A DNA stretch of 64,000 nucleotides from Mobula hypostoma (GCF_963921235.1 NC_086097.1:122328001-122392000); one strand, 5' to 3'. Numbered from the stretch's first letter, positions 12,270 to 24,364 are shown. The notes: generated by a model not told the origin, from the letters alone. Numbers and translations are program-made.

Positions 12270-13374
12270 ATGGATAAATCATCAGGGCTTGGCAAGGTAA
12301 TCCTTCGGACCCTGTGGGAGTCCAGTGCAGAAATTTCAGGAGCCCTAACAGAGATATTCAAATCATCCTTAGTCACGGTTGAGGTGCCGGAGGATTGGGG
12401 GATAGCTAATGTTGTTCTATTGTTTAAGAAAGTCTCTAAGCATAAGCCATGAAATTATGGGCCAGTGAGTCTGATATAAGTAGTGTGTGAGGTATTCTAA
12501 GGAACTCAGCATTTGGAGAGAGAGGGACTGATTAGGGATAGTCAAGATGGCTTTGTGTGAGGTAAGTTGTGTATAGCCAATCTTATAGAGCTCTTTAAGG
12601 AAGTTACCAGGAAAGTGTCACAATCACTGATTCGGCATCACAGCAGATTCGGCAATTATGCTCGTGAATATGCACATGTCAGCTAGTTATTATTTCATTG
12701 TGATAGTATTTAACTCCATTCATTCTGTTGTAGTTTTTCTCGACACTTAGACATAGCTACGCTTCATTATCTGCCTTGCCTGAGAAATTGGACTGTCGAG
12801 TCAACTGACTCTGAAGACTAGCGGTATTCATTTTATTCTTAGTTGTTCTTTTCAGCTGCAGTGTAGACTTCATTTTTCATTTGAGTGTTTTAGTCAATGG
12901 CCCTGTTTGGCCTAGTGTTTATTGTTTTCTTTTCTCATTTAACATTGCTCGCTTTAAAGTCTGTGAAATATCAACCCGCTTCAGTGTCTGTTAATCCACA
13001 CTTGGGCCATGTCTGAACCTCGGTGACAGAAAGCTGATGAAGGCAAGGCAGTGGAAGTTGTCTACATGGATGTTGGCAAGGTTTTTGACAGGATCCTACA
13101 TGGAAGGTTGGACAAGAAGGTTCAGTCACCCAGCATTCAAGATAAGGTAGTAAATTAGATTAGACGCTGGCTTTGTGGGAGAAGCCAGAGAGCGGTAGTG
13201 AATGGTTGGCTCTCTGGATGGAGGCCTACGACTACTGGAATGCCACGGGGATCAGTGCCAGGTCCATCTATATCAATGCTATGGTCCGGGTGCAAGTCGA
13301 TAGGACTTGGCAGATTTAGAGTTTACAATGAACTCGATGGCCCAAAGGGCCTGTTTCTATGCTGTAGTGCTCTA
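12270..13374 (+). mobile_element. CR1 RT fragment with 3' tail, interrupted by a solo LTR
   Basis: VPEDWGIANVV.LFKK; VTRK|ADEGKAVEVVYMD split by the insertion; tail GGGCCTGTTTCTATGCTGTAGTGCTCTAT. Confidence 0.85.
12616..13028. mobile_element. Solo LTR
   Basis: Termini TGTCAC...GTGACA; perfect 5-bp TSD GAAAG (12611-12615, 13029-13033). Confidence 0.85.
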
Positions 13375-13624
13375 TTTTTTTAAAACTTCTTGGAGTGCAA
13401 GAAGAGCGAGACTGCGCAGGCGCGTGATGTCAGCAGGACTGCGCGGAGAGTTTAAAAAGGCAGGTTGCTACCAACGGCTCTCCTTTGGATCGGGACTACA
13501 GAGCGTCGTGGGAGCTGAATTGTGAAGGAAGGCAGTTTTTTTTTTAAACTTCTTGGAGTGCAAGAAGGGCGAGACTGCGCAGGCACGTGACATCAGCAGG
13601 ACCGCGCGGAGAGTTTAAAAAGGC
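13375..13624 (+). promoter_or_regulatory. Duplicated ~88-bp promoter-like module of the CR1 5' end (period 163 bp)
   Basis: Copies at 13375-13461 and 13536-13624, each with TGCGCAGGCRCG (NRF1-like), TGATGTCA/TGACATCA (CRE-like) and TTTAAAAA (TATA-like). Confidence 0.6.
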
Positions 13625-13907
13625 GACCACCCTATACAGCGGGCAGCTGTCGGAGCGGGCAGCGGAGTGAGCAGTAGCAGAGTGTAGGGCTTTGGCTTCA
13701 ACGGGCTTCGGCGACAAACAGGAAGAGGCAAGAGCGAAGCGCCAACTTTTTTTCTCTCCCCCGCCCCCACCTCTTTCGCGAATCGGCCCGGACAGACAGG
13801 AACAGCAGGGCTCTCACAGCTAACGGTTTAAGAAGTTTGTCTGTTTGGCGAGGTAAGTGGGTGAGTAGACTTATTTTTCCTGTTTCATTCGTGTAGAATT
13901 AGATAGC

Positions 13908-14843
13908 ATGCCTGCAGGGTTAGTGCTTTGTTCAGGGTGTCAGATGTGGGAACCCTGGGAGACCTCCAGCCTCCCTGATGGCCACATCTGCGCCAGGTGC
14001 ACCGAGTTGCAGCTCCTCAGGGACCGTGTTAGGGATCTGCAGCTGCAGCTTGATGACCTACTGCTTATCAGGGAAAGTGAGGAGGTGATAGACAGGAGCT
14101 ACAGGGAAGTAGTCATCCCTAGGCTACAGGAGTCAGAACATTGGGTCACTGTCAAGAGAGGGAAGGGAAATGCCCGGATAGTGGAGAGCACCCCTGTGGC
14201 TGTCCCCCTCAGCAACAAATATCTTGTTCTGGATGCTGTTGAGGGGGATGACCTGACGCGGGATGCCCACGGTGACCGGGTCTCTGGCACTGAGCCTGGC
14301 GCTGTTGTGCAGGAGAGAAAGAGGGAGAAGAGAAATGCGGTAGTCATAGGGGATTCCATAGTCAGGGGAACAGACAGGAGATTCTGTGAGCCTGACAGAG
14401 ATACCCGCATAGTGTGTTGCCTCCCAGGTGCCAGGGTACGGGATGTCTCGGATCGGGTCCTGAATATTCTAAAGGGGGAGGGTGAGCAGCCAGTTGTCTT
14501 GGTACATGTTGGTACCAATGACATAGATAGGACAAAGGAGGAGGTCCTGAAGAGAGATTTCCAGGAGTTAGGAAGGAAGCTGAGAAGCAGGACCTCCAGG
14601 GTAGTAATCTCGGGATTGCTACCTGTGCCACGTGCTAGCGAGGGCAAGAGTAGTTGGATCAGGCAGATGAATGCGTGGCTGAGAGACTGGTGTAGGGGGC
14701 AGGGCTTCAGATTCTTCGATAATTGGGATCTCTTCTGGGGGAAGTATGACCTGTTCAAAAAGGACAGGTTACACCTGAACCCAAAGGGGACCAATATCCT
14801 GGCGAGAAAGTTTAATAGAGCTGTTAGGGAGGGTTTAAACTAA
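13908..14843 (+). CDS. CR1 ORF1p: CxxC..CxxC zinc finger, leucine-zipper coiled coil, SGNH/GDSL esterase
   Basis: 311 aa with ATG start; CSGC..CARC; LQLLRDRVRDLQLQLDDL; VIGDSIVRG, VHVGTND, DRLH. Confidence 0.92.
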   Translation: MPAGLVLCSGCQMWEPWETSSLPDGHICARCTELQLLRDRVRDLQLQLDDLLLIRESEEVIDRSYREVVIPRLQESEHWVTVKRGKGNARIVESTPVAVPLSNKYLVLDAVEGDDLTRDAHGDRVSGTEPGAVVQERKREKRNAVVIGDSIVRGTDRRFCEPDRDTRIVCCLPGARVRDVSDRVLNILKGEGEQPVVLVHVGTNDIDRTKEEVLKRDFQELGRKLRSRTSRVVISGLLPVPRASEGKSSWIRQMNAWLRDWCRGQGFRFFDNWDLFWGKYDLFKKDRLHLNPKGTNILARKFNRAVREGLN

Positions 14844-15021
14844 TTTGGCAGGGGGTTGGGAACCAGAATGATAGAGCGGAGGAAGGGGAAAACAGAAATA
14901 AATCTAAGATAGTGAGCAGTAAAGATGTCAGGAAAGACAGGCAGGTGATGGGGCAAATGTGTAGCCATTGGGATGAGTTGCAGTGAAATCAAAGCAAAAA
15001 GTATGAAATACTGGTCTTAAG

Positions 15022-17787
15022 GTGTTGTACTTAAATGCACGCAGCGTAAGGAATAAGGTGGATGATCTTGTTGTACAGCTACAGATTGGCAGGTATGATA
15101 TTGTGGCCATCACTGAGACCTGGCTAAAGGATGCATGTCTCTGGGAGCTGAAAGTCCAAGGATACACGGTGTATCGGAAGGATAGGAAGGTAGTCAGAGG
15201 GGGAGGCGTGGCTTTATTGGTAAGAAATGATATTAAATCATTAGAAAGAGGTGATATAGGATCGGAAGGTGCAGGATCTTTATGGGTTGAGCTAAGGAAT
15301 AGCAGGGGTAAAAGGACTCTGATGGCAGTTATTTATAGGCCTCCAAACAGCTGCGGGGATGTGGACTACAAATTACAACTGGAAATAGAAAAGGCTTGTC
15401 AGAAGGGCAGTGTTATGATAATTGTGGGGGATTTTAACATGCGAGTAGATTGGAAAAATCAGGTCGGCACTGGATCTCAAGAGAGAGAATTTGTAGAATG
15501 TCTGCGAGATGGCTTTTTAGAACAGCTTATTGAGCCCACTAGGGGATCGGCTGTACTGGATTGGGTATTGTGTAATGAACCGGAGGTGATTGGAGAGATT
15601 GAGGTGAAGGAACCCTTAGGAGGCAGTGATCATAACATGATTGAGTTCACTGTGAAATTTGAAAAAGAGAAGCCGAAATCTGACGTGTCGGTATTTCAAT
15701 GGAGTAAAGGAAATTACAGTGGCATGAGAGAGGAACTGGCCAAAGTTGACCGGAAAGAGACACTGGTGGGAAAGACAGCAGAGCAGCAGTGGCTGGAGTT
15801 TATGCGAGAAATGAGGAATGTGCAAGACAGGTATATTCCAAAAAAGAAGAAATTTTCGAGTGGAAAAAGGATGCAACCGTGGTTGACAAGAGAAGTCAAA
15901 GCCAAAGTTAAAGCTAAGGAGAGGGCATACAAGGAAGCAAAAATTAGTGGGAAGACAGAGCATTGGGAAGTCTTTAAAACCTTACAAGAGGAAACCAAGA
16001 AGGTCATTAAGAGAGAAAAGATTAACTATGAAAGGAAACTAGCAAATAATATCAAAGAGGATACTAAAAGCTTTTTCAAGTATATAAAGAGTAAAAGACA
16101 GGTGAGAGTTGATATAGGACCGATAGAAAATGATACTGGAGAAATTGTAATGGGCGATGAGGAGATGGCAGAGGAACTGAACAAGTATTTTGCATCAGTC
16201 TTCACTGAGGAAGACAGCAGGATACCGGCCACTCAAGGGTGGCAGGGAAGAGAAGTGTGCGCAATCACAATTACAAAAGAGAAAGTACTCAGGAAGCTGA
16301 ATAGGCTAAAGGTCAATAAATCTCCTGGACCAGATGGAATGCACCCTCGTGTTCTGAAGGAAGTAGCTGTGGAGATTGCGGAGGCATTAGCGATGATCTT
16401 TCAAAAGTCGATAGATTCTGGCATGGTTCAGGAAGACTGGAAGATTGCAAATGTCACTCCGCTATTTAAGAAGGGGGCAAGGAAGCAAAAAGGAAATTAT
16501 AGACCTGTTAGCTTGACGTCGGTGGTTGGGAAGATGTTGGAGTCGATTGTCAAGGATGAGGTTACAGGGTACCTGGAGGCATATGACAAGATAGGCAGAA
16601 CTCAGCATGGATTCCTTAAAGGAAAATCCTGCCTTACAAACCTATTACAATTTTTTGAGGAAATTACAAGTAGGCTAGACAAGGGAGATGCAGTGGATGT
16701 TGTATATTTGGATTTTCAGAAGGCCTTTGACAAGGTGCCACACATGAGGCTGCTTAACAAGATAAGAGCCCATGGAATTACAGGAAAGTTACATACGTGG
16801 ATAGAGCGTTGGCTGATTGGCAGGAAACAGAGAGTGGGAATAAAGGGATCCTATTCCGGTTGGCTGCCGGTTACCAGTGGTGTTCCACAGGGATCAGTGT
16901 TGGGGCCGCTTCTTCTTACATTGTACATCAACGATTTGGATAATGGAATAGATGGCTTTGTGGCTAAGTTTGCTGATGATACGAAGATAGGTGGAGGGGC
17001 CGGTAGTGCTGAGGAAACAGAGAGTCTGCAGAGAGACTTGGATAGATTGGAAGAATGGGCAGAGAAGTGGCAAACGAAGTACAACATTGGAAAGTGTATG
17101 GTCATGCACTTTGGCAGAAAAAATAAACGGGCAGACTATTATTTAAATGGGGAAAGAATTCAAAGTTCTGAGATGCAACGGAACTTGAGAGTCCTCATAC
17201 AGGATTCCCTTAAAGTTAACCTCCAGGTTGAGTTGGTAGTGAAGAAGGCGAATGCAATGTTGGCATTCATTTCTAGAGGAATGGAGTATAGGAGCAGGGA
17301 TGTGATGTTGAGGCTCTATAAGGCGCTGGTGAGACCTCACTTGGAGTACTGTGGGCAGTTTTGGTCTCCTTATTTAAGAAAGGATGTGCTGACGTTGGAG
17401 AAGGTACACAGAAGATTCACTAGAATGATTCCGGGAATGAGAGGGTTAACATATGAGGAACGTTTGTCCGCTCTTGGACTGTATTCCTTGGAGTTTAGAA
17501 GAATGAGGGGAGACCTCATAGAAACATTTTGAATGTTAAAAGGCATGGACAGAGTGGATGTGGCAAAGTTGTTTCCCATGATGGGGGAGTCTAGTACGAA
17601 AGGGCGCCCTTTCAGAACAGAAATGCGAAAAAAAATTTTTAGTCAGAGGGTGGTGAATCTATGGAATTTGTTGCCATGGGCAGCAGTGGAGGCTAAGTCA
17701 TTGGGTGTCTTTAAGGCAGAGATTGATAGGTATCTGAGTAGCCAGGGCATCAAAGGTTATGGTGAGAAGGCGGGGCAGTGGGACTAA
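15022..17787 (+). pseudogene. CR1 ORF2p: AP endonuclease and reverse transcriptase, with one premature stop
   Basis: APE motifs NARS, ETW, YRPP, GDFN, SDH; RT motifs YLDFQKAFD, GVPQGSVLGP, KFADD; TGA at 17530-17532 with the same frame continuing to 17787. Confidence 0.95.
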
Positions 17788-17960
17788 ATAGGATAAAATG
17801 GATCAGCTCATGATAAAATGGCGGAGCAGACTCGATGGGCCAAATGGCCTACTTCTGCTCCTTTGTCTTATGGTCTTATGGTCTTATAACAATGACTATA
17901 ATTTGGAAATCCAGGCTAAGATGCACATCTACAGAATGATCCTTCTCAGTTTCAGTATTC

Positions 17961-18152
17961 TGACACACCCTGGTTTCCATGGCTGCGTAAGTCAAGGGAA
18001 GACACTCTCAATTCCCATCAAACCTGTGAGATTGATACAGCTCATCCCATCCCAAACCCCGGTTTGTGTGGATGCTGTGTAATCTGTTACCCTGTTTCAA
18101 ATTAGTGCCACGAAACCACAGACGGTACACTGCATACGATTACAGGAATTAT

Positions 18153-18197
<45 letters not shown>

Positions 18198-19048
18198 TGG
18201 CTATCCATCCCATAGGATGATGATGGTTGCTTTCAGTCAGTTAGTGGGGTGGTACCCTACTCTTCAGAAAGGAACAGCATGTGCGTGAGTGGATTTGAGG
18301 TGAGTAGGGGGTTGCACAGGTCCAGACCCACCCTCTCGACATCCCCTCCCGGATCCAGTGGCATGGTGGGGTCCAAGACAGCTGAGGGAAGTTCTGTTGC
18401 AGTGAATGGCCAGACCAAGCTTCGATGCAAGGGATGCCCTTTCCGCGCTTCACGGCACGTTTGCTAGATGGCCGTTGACCCTGCGAGAGGGTTCATCTGC
18501 TCTTTGACAGGTCTTGTTTTTTGTCCTGCAGGGTGTCTAGCCACCCTCCTCACCAAGCAAGCCTGGTGGGGGAGCCGGTTTAGTCGCCGACCACCCGACC
18601 GTGCAACTGGTAGTACTGGGTTACATGGTACCAGTAGCACTCAGACGAGTGACCTGACCAGGAATTATACTTATGAATCTTATCTTAACTGAAGGGTTAG
18701 TAAAGAATAACAAAAAGAAAAGGGCCCTCAGTCAGCGTAAAAGCACACACCACCTTCTGAATGTCGCATGCAATCCATCTCGAAAAAACAGGCCTCCCAC
18801 CAGACCGTATGTTACGGCCAGTTCTCCCCAGCATCTTCTTTCTCCATCTCCTGCCAAACGTAAGCACAAGACCAACCTTTTTGTCCCTCACCAAGAAAGC
18901 CTCCTACTAATTAGATGGCACACATTCCACATCATCTCTTATCTTCAACAATAACCCAAACAGGCTAAAAGCAGAACAACTGCTCTTTCAGAACTACTGA
19001 ATGACATACCTACAGCATAGCAGTAAAGATATGAACCAGGGCATTACA
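17961..19048. mobile_element. Solo LTR (Gypsy-like) containing a SINE
   Basis: Termini TGACACACCCTGGTT...AACCAGGGCATTACA; 4-bp TSD ATTC (17957-17960, 19049-19052). Confidence 0.8.
18157..18658 (-). mobile_element. ~500-bp non-autonomous retroposon with (GA)n tail, probably RTE-mobilised
   Basis: Perfect 14-bp TSD CAGGAATTATACTT (18143-18156, 18659-18672); 3' end ACCATCATC..GGATAGCC resembles the 3' end of the RTE at 60818. Confidence 0.8.
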
Positions 19049-20244
19049 ATTCTTTTCAGACTGTACACTAGAGGAGATTAATGTGGAAACTACAGGAACC
19101 TGGTGCGACATCAGCAGACAAGTCTCTGGTTCATTTCTATTGCGGATGCATTCAGATGCTTCCTGATTTCTACCAAGATTCAAGACTGAAGTTTATTTGT
19201 CACGTGTACATCAAAACATAGAGTGAAATGTGTCATTTGTGTTAACAACCAACACACTCAATGGTGTGCTGGGTGCAGCCCACACAATCCGACACAATAC
19301 TTGGCAGAACAATACAGAATTCAACAAACAACAAAACAACAACAGGAAAATAAGCCCTGTTCCTCCCTCCCACCCATGCAATAGACAGCCCTTTAACCCT
19401 TGGACAAGCTTAGAAACGTAGAAACATAGAAAATGCTTTCAGCTCTAGCAGACATGGACTCGGGCCTGCAGATACTGGTTTCAACTTCTCCAATGGAGTT
19501 GCATATATTTGCAGACTCAGCTCTGGCCGACAGGCCTCAGCTTCGGGACTTTTGATTCTAAACTTGCGCATCGATCCTAGGATACAGCGGACTGGAGGAG
19601 TTAAAGTCATTGCCAATTGTGTTCAATGATATATTTTGGAAACAGCTTCAATACACTCAAAACATATTTCTACTTTGACTGCATTTAGATGTGTTTCTAA
19701 GGAAATGCATTCCCTATCGCTGAAATAATACAGGGATCAAAGTGTAAATCTTAAGACATTACCATCTACTAGCAATAAAACCATTAGTGCCTTAGTAATC
19801 TTCTCGAAAAACTTTTGTAGCAAGGTACTTTTTTCATCATGTTAGTACTGTTTCTTTGCAGACACGAGTTGCCTATTTATTCCTAGGTTTGCATGTTCCC
19901 TTACAATAATGCAAGACCCCATGGCAAGTGCATTATTGTTTATAGTTTTTGCAATAAATTGCAATAAAATGTGTTGCTTGCATTAACAATGAAGCAGATG
20001 ACAGATGCAGTGTTACATGAAAATTTTACTATATGGCAGTAGTTTAAGTTTAATTCAAAAACCTCAAGATGGCACCAAGCTGTGATCTGTCAAGATTGTG
20101 GCTCAGACTGAGTTATCATTTTAGGGATGGTTTTGGGAACAGAGAGGCAAGTTATGGGTTAGGTTAGAGCTTGGGAACAGGCATTAGGGGAAGTATTTAT
20201 AAAAGCCATTGCAAAGAAAGCATGGCAACGACGCTGCTTTTTTT

Positions 20245-20925
20245 TAGATTAGATTATGAGGACACGCAGTCCTCTTTTATTGTCATTTAGTGATACATGC
20301 ATTAAGAAATGATACAATGTTCCTCCAGAATGATATCACAGAAACACAAGACAAACCAAGACTAAAAAAACTGACAAAACCCACATAATTATAACATATA
20401 GTTACAACGGTGCAAAGCAATACGGTAATTTGATAAAGAACAGACCATGGGACGGTAAAAAAAAGTCTCAAAGTCTCTCGAAAGTCCCATCATCTCATGC
20501 AGACGGTAGAAGGAAGAGAAACTCTCTTCCTGCCATGAGCTTCCAGCGCCACAAACTTGCTGATGCAGCACCCTGGAAGCACTCGACCACAGCCTACTCT
20601 TGAGCTCGTCTGAAAACTTCGAGCTTCCGACCAGCCCTCTGACACCGAGCACCGAGCACCATCTCTGCCGAGCACTTTGACCCCGGCTCCAGCAACAGGC
20701 AATATGCAAAGCCAAGGATTTGGGGCCTTCCCCTCCGGAGATTCTCGATCACACAGTAGCAATGGCAGCAAAGCGGGTATTTCAGAAGTTACTCCAGATG
20801 TTCCTCCGTGCTTCTCATGTCTGTCTCCATCAAATCAGGATTGTGCACGGCATCCTACTTACAAATACAATATCATTTCGGAACGGCCGCACGCGCTGCA
20901 TCGCACCGCCATCTTCTCCTCCCCT
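20245..20925 (-). mobile_element. ~680-bp non-autonomous retroposon with (TCTAA)n tail, inserted in a Rex/Babar fragment
   Basis: 5' GGGGAGGAGAAGATGGCGG; 3' AATAAA..CATAATCTAATCTAA; homologous to 25137-25772. Confidence 0.8.
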
Positions 20926-23419
20926 TAGAAGTGTGCGAAATTTCAGCATCACATCCAATATTTTGACTCATTTCTATAGATGTGTGGTGGAGAGTATATT
21001 GAATTGACTTTCTGCATCATGGCCTGGTATGGAAACACCAATACCCTTCAATGGAAAATCCTACAAAAAGTTGTAGATACAGTCTAGTCCGTTATGGGTA
21101 ATGACCTCCCCACCGTTGAGCACATCTACACGGAGCAGCATCCATCATTAAAGATCCCCACCACCTAGGGCATACTATCTTCTCCATCAAAGAAGGTACA
21201 GGAGCATCAACTGATACTGCAAATCCTGTGTGCTTGATTGTTGACTGGGCAAAATCAAATGCTTGCTAGACAGTCTGTTTCTTCTCATTGAGCAACCTAA
21301 TTTGCCCTCTTTGGCATGGATTCCACAAGCTATGGGATCTGCAACACCACCTTTGAACTTGTACAAGACTTGTAGTGCCCTGCAAATATCTCAACTCTGC
21401 AACAATCCCATCAGCATGCTGACCTCGGTCAACACCCTCCCTTGGCTCAGCAGATATAGGAGGAATGGCACAAAGGCGTTTCAGCTAGTTTAAACAGCTC
21501 TTAAGAGTCTTTTGGTTTCGTTTAACCTGCATGTCTCAACATCCACAGATTTCAGATTAATTTATTTATCACATGTATATTGAAACATACAGTGAAATGT
21601 GTTGCTTGCATTAACAATCAACACAGCCTAATAATGTAATGGAGGCAGCTGACAGGTGTCGCTACACATTCTAGCACTGACATAGCATGCCTATAATGTC
21701 CAGCAAAAAACACAAGCAACAACAGCAATTCGCAGATATTGAGCCTTAACTTCCCCAGTAGACTTGCAGACTCAGGGTTTCAGCCATCAGATCTCAACTT
21801 TCGAATTTGTTGACCGTCAGACTTCGATCTTCAGTATCAGCCCTAGGAATCACCAATAAAAGGACCCTGAACTTGCGTGACTTCATACATATATGATATT
21901 CCTTCAGATAATCTTTTAACACAGAAGATCTAACAGCATCTTGAAGATATCGACCTTAGCTTACCCATGAAGATAACTTCCTTCAACACATAAAAGTCCC
22001 AACTATAAACACATCAGTTATTTGGTATGCTAAATGATATTATCCATCTAGTCTGCAAACTCCCTTGAACTAAGCAACCTAGTGTCATCTTCTCTGTTTC
22101 AAAACAAGCCAAATTCAACAACGTATTGTCTTACACTACATCTCCTTAAGTAGCAAGTCAGGATGCCATAAACAGAGCTTGTTTGCAAACAGAGATGTAT
22201 TTTAACTTCAAGCTGATTACTGACTGCCATTTACATTTTAAGAAATAAAGACTGACTCCTGCATTTATGACCAGAAACTAAACAATAATACCATTTACGA
22301 GTTTACTTATATCTGTATGATACTATAAGTGGCAGTTGCTGTGTTTAGAAACTGAACTTTGTAAAACATGTGACCACATCTCAGGACTGTGAGCCGGCAT
22401 GCCCTGAGTTCGGCCCTGGAGTTCAGGGTCCTTCCATTGGCTAGTCAGGGGGCAATATTGAAGATGTAAGCCTGAAGATCAATCAGATGTCCAGAAATTG
22501 ATGCCCAACAGCCGAAACCTGGAGACTGGAGGTCCAGAGGCCTATCCTGGAGTTGGAGTACAGTCTGTGTGGGTGGGTGTGTGTGAGGGAGAGATGGGGC
22601 TTGTTTTACTGTTGCTAATTTGTTTATAGTTGTATCCTGCTTTGCTGCGTTTTGTGAATCCTGCCAGGCCTTGTAGACAGGCTACATTGTCACCAAGACA
22701 CGTGGCGACAATTGCGGGCTGCTCCCAGCTCGTCTCTGCATGTGATAGCTGTTAATGCAAACTATATATTTGGATGTACATATGATAAATAAATCTGAAT
22801 CTGAATCTAAATCAAATTTGTACAGTATGGAGATCTATTCATTCCTGCACATTTACTTTAGCCATTTTGGTATTTGCCAAGTCAAATACAGGAGAATACA
22901 GTCTCATAAATGAAACAAAAGCCCTTTTGCTATCGCTAAATTTAATTGACACAACAGTCCTACCCAATGACGAGTAACCTTCACAGCTCAGAGGAAGCAT
23001 CAAAGTGCGGGACCGTGTAGAATGCAGAGCGGGACCAGATCACTCAATCCTTGAATATGCTCCAATATTTGCACATCAGATTGATCTGTGTCCTGATTTA
23101 CTCATCCATAATCCAGTTCCCTCGCTGAATGAAAATCTATCGAATGCAGTACATTAAAGATTCTGGATGATCTAATTCTTGAGGAACTAGTATTTTGCCG
23201 CATTCAAAAGAAATGTCAACTCTGTGGTGAATGTAAAGTCAAATGGGAAACTGGGCAATCTGTGAGAACAATGTCATTACTGAATCCAAACCCTGGAAGT
23301 GTTCTTCTACATAATAATATTCTGATAATCTAGTTGAAATGCACAAATCTACTTTCATATGTTTGTCATAATGAACATACCTCACTCTCATCAACTTCCC
23401 AACTTCTCCGAGGATTGTC

Positions 23420-23720
23420 AGCTTGTTGAGATCCTAAGGGTGATGCTGTCTGGAACTTAGCTCATAGTAGGATCACCATAGTGGGAAGGTCAAGGGAGAT
23501 ATTCTGGGCAAAGAGTGACCCAACCAAGACCTCAACAGTGGAACTATTGGAAGATGATGACACATCACAATGGCAGAGAAGGTAGAGGAACCCTGGTTGT
23601 CTTGCATTCCGTGGCACTGGACCGTGACCTCAACCTAGCAAGGACTGTGTGCTGCATCAGCCTCATCACTTTAAACAAAGTGGTGCACAGGCATTCTCCA
23701 TGAAGGGAATCCACTCCTTA
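23420..23720 (+). mobile_element. Short repeat resembling RTE/Rex3 5' ends (uninterrupted copy of the element split at 42950-45700)
   Basis: AAGGTCAAGGG..CAAAGA..CCAACCAAGAC..TCTTGCATTC..CACTGGACC. Confidence 0.55.
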
Positions 23721-24364
23721 GGAGAACATTACACTCAACTTGAGTGATCGCACCTCTACGACATCTTCTCAAAAACTTGCTCATCACCTGAGTACTAATG
23801 TTTGTTTTGTTGATCAAAAATATATGCAAAGCAGCACTGCAGTTGGCATTCATTCTTTCACTTCTATCTGATGCTAATCTCCAGTGACAAGCTCTCCCCT
23901 TGACAACATGAATATTCTGTATTTGCTGATATGCGAATGTTGTTATAATGGTTAGTCAGACTTACCTTTCATCACTGGAACAGCATATTGCTCTGAAGGT
24001 CCTTTGCGTGTAACGTTCTGTTATGAATTTAGTGTGAACACAAAAGGAGCAGCATAGTAGCATGAGAGTTAACGCAACACTTCAGAGCACTGGCTGTAAG
24101 ATTGGGATTTAATTACTGCAGCATTCTGTAAGGAGTGTGTGTATTCTCACATGGGTTTCATCCCGGTGCCCTGGTTCCCTCCCACATTCCAAAGATGTAT
24201 GGTGAGGGTTAGTGACTTGTGGGCATTTTATATTGGCATCAGAAGAGTGGCAACATTTGTGGGCTGCCCAGCAAAATCCTCGCTGAATTGATTTGACGCA
24301 TAAGATGCATTTCACATTGTTTCGATGTACTTGTCACATATAAAGCTGAACATCACTACAGCAG

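Larger units (their letters stand above)
13375..17888 (+). mobile_element. Near full-length CR1-clade LINE
   Basis: CpG-rich 5'UTR, ORF1, ORF2, 3'UTR and (TCTTATGG)n tail at ~17866-17888; no TSD recognised. Confidence 0.96.

Noticed and set aside
13853..13896. Intron in the CR1 5'UTR
   Set aside because: 44 nt is shorter than typical vertebrate spliceosomal introns
14099..14794. 231-aa antisense ORF
   Set aside because: Shadow of CR1 ORF1; no recognisable motif
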